Positions 29,901 through 41,900 of a stretch of 64,000 nucleotides of DNA are shown in pieces (within the stretch, counting starts at the first letter, position 1; every line of letters begins with the position of its first letter). This stretch comes from Priapulus caudatus (taxonomy: Eukaryota). Below the pieces are notes generated by a model. That model was given only the letters and a program-made list of their open reading frames with translations, was not told the origin of the DNA and searched no databases. The stretch lies in NCBI RefSeq assembly GCF_000485595.1, contig NW_014577062.1:1012012-1076011 (forward strand). Direction: 5' to 3'. A program made the translations under genes and the position numbers.

Positions 29901-32900
29901 GATGTGCAAGTATGTTAAAATTGGTTGCCTTAGGGGTTTTGGTACACGACACACCTTCTCCACAAGATGTGTAAGTATACGAAGTTTGGTCGCGCTAGGT
30001 CAATTATAGGGGCCAAGTATAATAAGAGCGAAAGGAAAATATGATCAAGGTCAAGGTAAAGGTCAAATAAAGGTCGCAGTGACCTGGTTTTGGTACGATG
30101 CGCACCTCCCCAAGATGTGTAAGTATACCAAATTTGGTAGTGCTAGGTCAATTAGGCGCCGAGTCATGGAGCGGAAGGGAAATATGATCAAGGTCAAATA
30201 AAGGTCGCAGTGACCTGGTTTTGGTACGCTGCCCACCTTCTACCCAAGATGTGTAAGTAGACCAAGTTTGGTCACACTAGGTCAATTAGTGGTCGAGTTA
30301 TAGAGCGGAAGGGAAAATCTCTGCTGCGGACCGAGCAGCGGCGGCGGCTGGACAGACATGAAACCATAGTATCCCTGCCGACTTCGTCGCGGGGATACAA
30401 TTATAGAACTTTTTGTCAGGGATGTGCTTATAGAACCAACTGCTAGGCATTTGAAGGCATAATTACTATGAAGAATATAAAATGCACTGGCTCCCTAATA
30501 GCAGGGTCCAGGTTTAATGCACAAACATTTAAATCTCACCATCAAGACAAACACTCCACAGCTGTTTCCATCTTCCTGTCTACTACATCCGTATTTGACC
30601 ACTGACCAATCAGTAGTATCAGAACCGCGTGCCTCCATAAATAACCTAAAGAATAGATATATGTATTTGGAATAAGTCAAGGTTTGAAGTGAAGAATAAT
30701 ATTGGTCAGAAGTACATGTACTTTTGATACATTAACCAAATAAATAAAGCTCAGTTTTACACGAGTTTTCTTCTTGTAAAATGCACCTACAAAAAAGGTA
30801 ACACTGCAATAATTTTTTGAGGAAACAGAGTAGGTGTTTATTAAGTTCACCTCGTAAAAAATTCATTGTTGACCTATTATCAGAAAACCCCAATGATATT
30901 ATTTACCTCCAGGATTTAAAGTACACCTCATATCTGTTTTCATCCAATCAAGAGAATTCAGCACTCCAACAGAATGCTTGTCACATCAGCAACAAGTAGG
31001 AACCAGTGGAAAGATGTGCATATCGGCAACAGAATCCATCTGTAATCTTCCACATCAACCTGAAACGTACAAGTTGTATTTTGTATATAAAGTCTGGCAC
31101 TTGAATAAACAAGAACAAATTTCACAACTTTGAAAATTACTTGAAAAGTACAACTCTCAAAAAATGACCATGCTGGTCTGAAAAGCTCTATAGTTTAGCA
31201 CATGTAATGCACAATTCTCGATGTCCCAGTCTAGATGTAATTGGTGAAACTGGCTAATAATGTGAATATGTTGTCCATCACTAAACTAATTCTAATTCCT
31301 CACATTATAATAATTATTTCTGCAACAATGCCATCATGGCTATTTCCAGCATGTGGTGCTGTAACTGCAACAAACCTTCTCTGAAAGATTGTTATCAAAC
31401 TTACCTTTTTGTACAACCCAGGATTTATAGTCCCTCTTTCCATTTGAGAGCCAGGAAGCTAGGCAGCACATATACAATGTTTGGCTTTATCGCATTCACC
31501 TCACGAGCTAGGATATTGAGGTATGCATGGATAATCTGAAATTGAGAAAAGGCCTACTATTGTACTTATTCTCCTGTACTTCCAACAATACCACTTCTTA
31601 GCTGTGAACATTTTTTAAATTATTATTCTAAATTAACATGCTTTCACGATGTACTGCTATACTGAACTGAATCATTTGGTATCATATTTTTCTACTTTTG
31701 TACTAATATTAATTTTTAGTGGGTAAGTTTGAACTCTAAACATGATAATAGACAATAATTGTAAATAGTCCAATGTGGCACTTTTGGAAATGTCATGTTC
31801 ATGCTTCAGACAGAAAAACAAAACTGCAATGAAAAAATACCCCAGCCAAATCCATCACTTTAAACACGTGTACTTAACTTGTCTTAACAGTACATGTACA
31901 TGAATGTACATGAACATAGAAATTGTACAAACTACAACATACCTGTCATTCAACCATTGTTGTGGCTCAGGGTTTTGAGGTCTTCCTTCTTGATACTGTT
32001 GTTCCCCACAAAGATGTTGACATTAGCAATGGCACATGGTTGATCCTTCTCGGCTTTTATGACGCAAGTCGTGCTATCAGTCATATGGCTCGGCATTTCT
32101 TTCAGTGTTTCCAACATAATGAATGGATCAATTTCCGTCTCAAATGCTCTGATAATAACAGCAGTCAGAAACCATTAGAACGTCCACATTCTCTCGTCCT
32201 GAGTCCTTGAGAAATGTCAGTAAGTGTGGAATTAATTCACAGACATCATCATCGTTTGCACTGTTTAGTAGTGTATATGGGCCTGATCCCTGTGATTTCA
32301 TTAGGTTTGTAATGTTGTTGAAGGCAGCATTACAGCTTAGTTGCTGGCATTTATCATACAAAAGACAAAGGTCTGTGGTTGACAACTTGCTACAATGTTC
32401 CCTGAACTTCTGGCGTTTTTCAATTTGTGAGACTTTGGTGGCTTTGCTTGGCTTTCCTAAAGAATCACTAGGTTTTTTTCTCTTTGCAGTTTGCACTTTT
32501 GGCTTTCGTTCAGGTTTTTTTGGCAAACCAGATGCTGACCAGGTTGCAGACCTTCTTGACGGGCGCTCGAGTTTTGCGCTTTATTGGGAGATGCATATGG
32601 GTCGTTCTTTCAACACGTTGTGGAAAACCTACTGATGAATGCATGTATTGGCACAAGTCCGATTTGAAGTGTGAAGTTATATCATATCTGCCAGCTGAAC
32701 GAAATAAGTTTCAAGCAGCAGCTCTGATGTCAGATTAGCTTCCGTGAGAACATGGACTCGCGTTGGAAATCACCAAGCTGGTCTTCTTGACGCAAACGCT
32801 TAAATGGTATGATTTGCTGATCTCCTCTAATACAGTTAGTGCATCTGTGTGATCTTCGCTGTGACACTCTGGTAGATCAATGTGGTTCATTTTCATTCCT

Positions 32901-35900
32901 TCAAAAGCACTGCTCTGGTACACTCAAGGTTCAACCGTTGATATTTTTTGGTGGGCACCACTGGCTTTATCAAGGTTGTCATGTCTCTGTAATTATTCCG
33001 CAAGTCCCACCCTCCTCACACATAGGTGTCAGTGAAACGGATCCAATTTTGGCTGCAATCAACCATTCGACTTGTCAGCTTTGCCAGACTGTCGCGTCCT
33101 TTCTGCGAGGAGACTTTCCTTCTTAACGCTCCTCTGACAATATTTAACTCTTGCCACTTCGTAATGACATCCTTTCATCCTCTTTTCAATTCTGCACACT
33201 ATACATGGTCGAACCAGCCTCTGAGGCCATGATCTGTCCCATGCACTAGCTTACAGCATCTCCCGACACAGCTGAAATGGCCTTGGTGTGTACTTTTTCA
33301 CCATCTTTGAGGATACGACTTGCTTTTCAACTTAGCATAACTGTCACATGATTTCTCTTCAACTCCTCTGCATCGCCAGTCGCCACTGCTGCCTGCACAA
33401 AGGAACTGGTATCTTGCTTCCATCGATTTGCCTAAAAACTCATCAAAACAGCTGGATAGATAATCACATCGACTGAGACCTACGCAAAGAATATGTGGCT
33501 TGCAGTAACAATCATAGTAGATGAAAAAGTACAGAACAAGAATCCATGTGTTATTTACTACTACACCAAACTATCACCTCTTCACACAGGCGGACTCACA
33601 CCGCAGCCCCATGAACTTTCTCGCAGGCGATATTGATCCAAGGGGTCTTCTTCCACCCTAATGAGTTGTCACTAATCTTAAGCCACAGTATGGCGTACAT
33701 TTCCATAAATATTTTTGAGCGTTCAGTCATCCTTTGGTGAAAGTATGAATGATGGCAGAGTGGACAGAAGGTTGTTGCGGCTATCACATTCCTCTGCTAC
33801 TAAAACGAACTCAAAACTTCCACGCATCTTAGCAATGAGTTGGAGGACTTCATGGTGGCTTGGAGTTTCTGATGAATGACTCCCAGCCTGTTGTTGTTCG
33901 GTTGCCATCGTTATGCATTGTTTTCTTCCAAGCTGACACCCACATTCGCCGACAATTATGCCAGTTTTTGTGTGAATACTGTAAGAACTGACTTTGCAAG
34001 TCCTTCAAATTGTTCATAATATATTGTACAGCGGCTTCAGTACGTGAATATACAATTTTTCAAGTATATTCGAAAGACCGCATTTCCATTGCTTTTTTAT
34101 TGTTCTCTGGAAAATGAAGCCATCTCCGATTTTTGAAGTCTTCCATCGACGCTTGGAACATGACAGAGTGAATTTTTGATTTGGGAAGAATTTCTTTTAT
34201 GAGATGCAATTTCGAGAAATGTCCTTGCGACTAAGAACACTGGTTTTGCTCAAGAGCTTCCTTATCACTGATTGTCTGCAAAGCAGTGACAACCCATGTT
34301 CTACATCTTCAACGCTATTACCAGCCACGAAGAAATGTGCAACAGGAATGCTGCAGCCATGGCCATCTTCCACAATAAATGTAAAAAGTGGCATCTTAGA
34401 GCTATTTACTCTATAGGTAGCATCCAGCAGGATAACCTCTGGAAACTTTTCTAGTGCTGTCTTCATAAATGGAAGCTGAATAAACAAGCTTGATAGTTTT
34501 CCATCATCTTCAACTGATAGGTGCACAGATGAACCAGGTTCCTTTTGCAGATATCATCTAGAGTATCCATCAATAACTGAATATCAGAATCTTTGCCTGT
34601 AACCTCCTCTTCAAACTTCTCCTTCAGGTATGATATCCATTCGTCAGCATTTTTCTGAGGGCCTGCATCAAGGTTTCGCGAAAAGCAATTGGGGGAACAG
34701 ACATTTTGAACATAGCCCTGCCAAGATCCTCGTGCTTCTTATCCAGACGACGAAACTTCTGGTACCGAACATAGTTTTCATGTTCAACTGATGGTTATAC
34801 GCCTCCGCAGGCTTTCCGCCCTCTGCGCCATCATTCACACCTCCACTTTTCCGCCGCCCTACGCCGGCTCCACACACCGCAACCCCCACTTGTACACCCC
34901 CCACTTTGTATGTTCTGCACACCAACCACGCAACACAAAAACACCCCCCCACTCGCAATTCTCCTTTATCACCACCTGCACTCACCTCCTCGCTACCCGC
35001 CCCTTCACCCCTTGACCTCCTCCCACCGTCATCACCCCCCCCCCCCCCACCAACCACATCCATACTGCTACCCTGCACCCACCCCCCCCCCCCCTCCCCC
35101 AACGAGCCCCCCTGATGTGCTGTAGCATGTTAGAGAGCAATAGTCGCAAAATTTTAGTGAATTTTTAAAATGCGAGTAGAAAATAGGTACTTGCAATAAA
35201 TACTGCAAGAGAATACTTGCATTTTTGCATGAGATTACAATAAACAAGATCATTGTAAAAAATTTAATGTATTATTTTCTTGTCGTTCTAACAATAATGT
35301 CGTGAAACACGTTTCACACATCGTAAAAAGCAGCCGGCAACTGCCGTGTCACTTATACTACAACATACTGCCGTGTCACTTATACTACAACATACTGCCG
35401 TGTCACTTATACTACAACATACTGCCGTGTCACTTATACTACAACATACTGCCGTGTCACTTTACTATAACATATAAAATGTGTAGATATACAGCGCCGG
35501 CGCGCACTGTTGCGTTAAATAAAAAAGTAAAAAAGTAAAAATGTGATTTAAAAAAAATTTGGGCATTCACTCTACCCATCTTACTAATAACCATAGGACC
35601 AACGACCCGTAGGACTATAGATCGGTTCCCGAGTGCATGAGGGGAGGGTGTGGGAGGGGGCATAGTTCCCTCCCAGATGGAAACTGTTTTGATATTAGGT
35701 GGATTAAAAACGCGTTTCAGTGCATTCTATTCTGGTTAAGGTACGGGGAATATAATTTATAAACTCTTCTAACCAGTTTACTTTATTTTTCTTGTCTGGG
35801 AAAGAAAAGTATGAAAAAAAGCAAACCAGTAGTCACTAGTCAGTAGGCCCCTACAGTGAGTACTGTAGGACCAACGACGTGTAGGAAAAACGCCGTGTAG

Positions 35901-38900
35901 AACCAATTGACGACTCGTAGGACCAACGACCCCCCACCCCACCGGCACCACTGGCACTGCCCTAAACTGCATGCAATGCCAATTATGCATGATGCAGTGA
36001 GCTGCAAGCATGCACTGCAGACGGTGCAGTTCACCATTCACGCATGCATGCATGCATATCACAGGGCCTGGTATAGGAATATTCATCATGCAGGGGTGTA
36101 CGTAGACAAAGAGAGTAACACTACATGTACATGCTCCTCATCACTTAAATTAGGCCTACTAGTACTAACCTCTGGTTCGGTCTGGCGCCATTGCTCCGTG
36201 ACTGATATTGGCCACCATGCTTGCATACAAACCGAATACGAGAGTATTCGAGGTATCCTTTGTATTTATTCTGCGTGAATCTTATTGACTGATTTGCCTT
36301 TTCCACTGTTCTGCTATCTGCTACAACGTATTTAGAAAAACTTTCATCTTCAAATTTTTTAAGGCAATCGCGAAATTCTGTGAAATTTGAAAATTTGTGG
36401 CCGACCGAAAAACATTGACTAGAAGATTGGCCCGCCATTTTCTATTCTGCTGCGCATTCTGCTGCGCACTTAATCGATGACGTCACGGTCGTGTGCCGAA
36501 TCGGAAATTTCTTCAGTGCGGTCCCCGGGTTGGGGCCATAGGACGAAACATAACAAGATAAATAATATAATAGGACAATTTTTAATGCCAAAAATAAACA
36601 AATATATTTAATGCCAAACGTAAACAAACAAATACAATATAAAGAAATACAGAAAGCAGAGGAAAATAAAAAATCCTTATGGGAATGTGGTTCCTCCAAC
36701 CTATTTTCCAGCTGAGCATTCTGGGTAAATGCACTTAATGGATGACGTCACGGTCGTGTACCGAATCGGGATTTTCTTCACTGCGGGCCCGACGGTCGGG
36801 TAAATAATCACTTCCTAGTAAATTAGTAATATATCATAAATTTATATAATAATTACTAATTAGTAATTGTATTATTATTAATGACTAATGTCAATATAAT
36901 GATAATGCCATGATTGGTAGGCCTAGCCTTCATATTTTAGCCTCATTCGCTGATTTATGTGTGCTACGTACGGTGGATTGTGCAGGTCAAACCTAGACGT
37001 TTGAGTCTGACTAGGCACTCCCCCCCCCCCCATACAACAATGCGCATATGCGTGATGTGTTTAGGATTATCATTACATTAGGACCGGTAAGCGTTAAGAG
37101 CTGAGGAGTAGCGTATATTAACACTGGCAACCACCGATCGCTTGGAAAAATAAATACAGGACTTACTCACTCAGAACAAGTCTGATGCATTGCCAAATTG
37201 GGCAGTGAATCGAAAAGGAAGAGTCGTGTGGGTCCAATCATACCATTTTTATACAACGTTTTCAAGCCAACGACAAATTAATTGCCACAATACAGCCGAT
37301 ATAACATTTATCCACACACAAAAATTACCCTACATTATACCCCCTAAACACGTAGGGCTTAAAAAGTTCAGAGTGGCTATATATATGCCTGGCAGCCGGC
37401 ATATATCTGACGGCTGCCGGGCACGGTCTTCGATTTCTTAAATGCCCGGCAGTTTTTAATTTTCAGCGTTATCTTAAGTAAACAAGGGTTAGGGTTAGGG
37501 TTAGGAACTGCCGGGCATTTAGGAAATCGAAGACCGTGCCCGGCTGCAGGGCATATAGCCACAGCGTAAAAAGTCATGTCCACATTCTTACCTCCATTAC
37601 TTTCTTAACTCTTCCTTCTTGCACTTTCTCCTGCTTCTAACTGTACCAATTCTTTAACTCTAACCTCTACATTCTCCCAATCTTCTATCCCTTATACTTT
37701 CTTGCCAACTTTCTGCCCTCCCTCTGCACTTTCTCACCCTCCTGTACCTTCTCTACCTCTTCCAGCTTCTCTTCACCACCTCCTCTACTTTGATCCCTTG
37801 TCTACTATCTCTTTCTTCCTTAACACGTTCAACGCTGCATGGTTAACAATGCACCTACCGCCCTGTGCTGAGATTTTCGCGTTTTCCCCGCTTAGTCACT
37901 TATTACACAAAATGTTTTTGGCAGGTTTAACTAGGTTTGATTATTTATAATTAGTGGCTAGTATAATAGATATAAACTTACTCTCAGAAATTAAAACAAC
38001 ACCCGTGATCAATCACCCGTGATCAATTAAATCAAACACAACTCTTAGACATCAAAACAACTTCACAACAACCGGCGGTCAAACGCCCTTTGGCGAGGTG
38101 AACCGAAAACATTACCTCAGTCCCAAAAACTCCCAAAATAACGTTCCAAACAACAGTAAAGTATTGTATAAATTATGTCATCTACTACTGGGGTTTATAC
38201 AGTGACGCTGTTAAATTTTTAAGCGTACAGCCCCTGCCATCTATATAGGAGAACAGTAAAAGGTTACTTTTTTTTTCTTTTCTTTTTTGCCACGAGTATA
38301 CTCGTGTTTCGCGGCTGTGCGTTTTGCAGGTTCGAACGAGTATACTTGTGTTTCGCATTGAACGTGTTAACATCTGCAGCTTATCTTTCTCTTATGTGTT
38401 CCTCATCTTGTACCTCCCCATACCCTCCTCTAATCCCCCTCACATCTACATTCTCCCCTATATTCTGTCCACCTTCTCCCCCTCTTCTACTTCCTATACA
38501 TTTTCCACCTGTTTGATAAAAATTGCTAAATGATCGATAGTGATACTGAAACATTTTGTGATCAGTAGTCTTGTTACTGACGTTCTAGCATCAGTGGTCG
38601 GGATGCTATGGGCCACACGCTCTGTGAACCCAAGGTCCTCTTCCTCTGTCACAAAGAGATTAGAAAAGCGGTGCAGCAACGTCTCCAGTTTGGACCTCTG
38701 CTCTTCTGTGACAGACCCGGGCAGTGTATCCAAGGAAGGCAAGTGTGGCCAAGTCTCAGCCTCTGAGTCCGCTGCAGCAAGGATCGAGACATGTTCCTCG
38801 TTTACTGACACGCTTAAAGATCACACTGGAGGGTCTGTGTAAACCCTGGACGCGGTGGACCACACCCACTCCTGTACGTGGCTTCAGGTGCACATCTTCA

Positions 38901-41900
38901 GCAGACGTCACAGGTTGGCAATCCACACATAAAGGCTGTTTCCTCGTGCCTGTGACAGCGTGCTAATCAGTGCCAGGTGACCTGGCAGGGGATCACGTAG
39001 CGGCTCCACGAGGAACCCCCATTTGTTCCTGCAACCATTTCCACCAGTGACCCTGACGGCGGTCATAGCACCAGCTGGTATCCTTACTGCCTCTGCCACT
39101 CTTGCAATGGCCTGTGCAGAACACTGCTTCTTGGTAGGTCGGCCTAGGAACCCTCGCCAGGAGGTCTCAACTTCTTGAAGAAAGGCGGTTCCCAACTCTT
39201 CACGGAGAACCTGGTGGCACTTGCCTATTATGTTCATCCCGAGCACCACTGGCACTTTGTCCTTTCTCTCTTTCGTAGTGGGATCCTGGGAGTCTTTTAT
39301 GACGAGAAATCTCCGCCCTGGCACCGAGTGACCAGCACACAACACATCCAGTTCCAGGTATCCCACATAGGGGATGGCCAGCCCGTTTGCTGCAGTTAGC
39401 TTTAGCCAGTGTGTAGTCCCCAGTAGATCCTGGCTGTCAAAGTGTTCCCGGTAGAACGACTCTGTGATGGTGCTAACTTCACTGCCACTGTCTAGCAGGG
39501 CATGAGCCGCCACACCACCAACCTCCACTTCGGTCACTGGGCATGCTCCAATTGCCTTCTGCAGCAACGGCTCCTGGGACACAGGTGATGACCCAACCGG
39601 ACCGGCTGACACCACATGGCTCGCAATGGTGCCAGGCTCTAGTTTCCCAACGGCTGAGAGGTGGTAGCCTGGTGCTGCTTGGTGGGGCAGTCCCGGGCAA
39701 AATGGCCAACTACTCCACACTCATAACATCCCCTACTCACTTTGTCTGTCCTCGAAAACTTAATAGTTGGGCGAGTTGGCCATGGAGCAACTGAGGCAGT
39801 AGCCATGTCCCTTATTGCTTTGGTTAGGTCAGCCAGTGCCCTTTCTTGCCGCTCCCTTGCAGCTAGCAGTTGGGTCATGTCAGCTCCTGGTGGTGTCACT
39901 GCCTCTGGCAGAGAAGGTTGCTGGGAGGAGTCCCACAGTAGCTGGTGACAACCCGCGACCCTAGGGGTTGCCTGCCGCCGCTCGTCCTCCTTCATCCACG
40001 CTACTGCCTCCTCACGGAGGTCGAGGAAGTTTATGTTCTGTCTCTCCCGGGCCATCTGCTTTAAGTGGCGCCGAAGCTGAGTGTCCCGCACTCCCTCAGC
40101 AAACTGGTCACGGAGAGCTTGTTCATAGGCCGAGAAGGCCCGAGGGTCCCTGGCTCTGACCTTCTACACCAGGGAGTAAAATTCATATGAGTACGTCCTA
40201 AGACTTTCAGCATCCCTCTGCCTTCTGTCATAGAAGGCTCGCAACAGCTGAGGTACGGACCGCGCCTCCACAAAGATGTGACGGAGAGTATTAAAGACCT
40301 CCTCAGCTGTTCGGGCATGTGGACGCAGCAGGGTTTCTTGCCGCGCTGGTCCTCCCAGATGACTCAGAACAAAGTCTGCTCCCTCGGTCCCCGATAGCCT
40401 CCTGGCTTTCAGCAGGTGCTGGACGCCAAGGATGAACTCCTCCCAGGGAATAATTTTCCCGGTATCGCATCGCAATTCGCGATGTATTTTCAGCCATTTG
40501 CTACGCATATTTTTTTTTATGAATCGCAGTTGTGCGATGCAGCCCATGCGAGATGTAAACGGAAACATACATGTTTACAATTTACTTTTATTCTCGGGCT
40601 GCTTTGCCGCGTCAATGAAATGCCACGTTACGCCGATTTTATTGATTTGTTAACACCACGGCCAACGTGACTTTTAAACAATCCTGCACTCCCCCCCCCC
40701 CGTACATCAATCAATATGCCGCCCCAGGCACGTATACACAGCCACGCTGTGCTGGCGCTGCACGCTCGCGCGGGCTGCTTTCTTCGGCGACCTTTGATAA
40801 TATAAAGTGAGGATGTCGTGGTCGAGGAGTCAGATAGCCGCCCTTCACAATCGCTAGAACTGTATTTCATCAATGTTTGGATATATAACGCAAGGAACCA
40901 ACATTTGATTAAAGTTCTAGACAATTATTTTTACTCGCCAACATGGGCGAGTCAGCTTTAGCTTTCACTCGCCCGGCCCGATATTATTTTCACTCGACAT
41001 TGGCGAGCGGACGAGTGCCAAGCTCGCACGCTGTTTAAACGCTGTCGGGCAGCGTGCAGAATCGCTAGTGTGTCCTAGGCTTAAGCTAGCTGTGCCTGTC
41101 ACAGGCAGACACGATAACACGCCAAGCATGCACTGCGGTGTAAATTTGCACTGTGATTGTCTGAAAAAAAATGCTATACAAATTTATCCAATTGCTATGC
41201 AAAATTTATTTTGTATAGCACATTTGCTATGCAAAATTTTGGCTGGAAATTGTTCCCTGCCTCCACTGAGGGCTGTCCCTGACCATGGCCCGTGAAGACG
41301 TCAACCTTCCTCTCTCAGGGAAGGTAGACCAGGACATGAGCAGGAGGCTGCTGCCCGTTAGACCCCAGCTGATCGATGGTGTCACTGACTTGCTTCTGGT
41401 CATCCTGCAGGTTTCTGACCAAGCCCTGCAGATCCTCCAGCGCTTGTACAGCTTGCTCCTTCGGGACACCACCAGGCTGATCTCCAGCTGGCTGATCGTT
41501 GCCAGCCTCAGTCCTATCCGTACTTCGTCCTACCGGCATATTCTTCTACCGCTCTCCCTCCCTCTTTGTTGCACTGTGACTCCGACTGCAGGAATCCTGT
41601 CGACTGCACCAAAATGTGGTGAGCGTACAGGGCGCGCGCGCTGGCAATAGGATGCTGCGCAAACAAACCACTGAACCCACAACTGCAGTGTACAAGGTTT
41701 CTTTATTGCGAAGAAAACGTGAGAGAAGACAGAGCGGTGTCCTGCAACAACAACAAAAATGAAATACTCTAACATATATACAAAATAGACCTGGCTATCT
41801 ACCCATTGGTCTAACCATACACCATACAAGACTTGCTGACCTATCTTAGCCATATTCGCCATAGCACGCTCAGCGCAAGGTTCCTTACCCCTAGACCCAT

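Larger units (their letters stand above)
28268..36438 (-). pseudogene. Decayed intron-containing Mutator/MULE-type transposase gene: ZSWIM3-like N-terminus, MULE, SWIM remnant, Ulp1/C48-type protease, PHD finger
   Basis: Exon 36438-36170 (FSVGHKFSNFTEFRDCLKKFE...FVCKHGG...RPNQ); long exon about 34800-31943 with FPEVILLDATYRVNSSKMPLFTFIVEDGHG, a SWIM remnant (SHIFFA near 33490) and QWLND; exons 31535-31405 (IIHAYL), 31059-30907 (LLPICTSFHWFLLV), 30645-30540 (QEDGNSCGVFVLM), 28549-28268 (CDFPFC...WTQCDNCNRWMHNKC...YKCIFC*). Many frameshifts and stops in the middle; TIRs not identified. Confidence 0.85.
38585..41614 (-). mobile_element. Truncated Ty3/Gypsy LTR retrotransposon internal region: PBS, PNMA-like gag with CCHC knuckle, aspartic protease; breaks off before RT
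   Basis: gag ATG 41539; YLP*ERKVDVFTG...SVEEFI (split by an insertion); LRDQFAEGVRD; CYECGVVGHFARDC; ALLDSGSEVSTI; LETLLHRFSNLF...DLGFTERVAHSIPT. PBS TGGTGCAGTCGACAGGATT (41611-41593) resembles the complement of a tRNA-Ser 3' end. Confidence 0.92.

Noticed and set aside
37486..37505. Interstitial telomere
   Set aside because: Only about 3 TTAGGG units, and they are internal to a MITE.
26530..38300. Terminal inverted repeats for the MULE element
   Set aside because: No matching pair or 8-9-bp TSD found by eye; boundaries left undefined.
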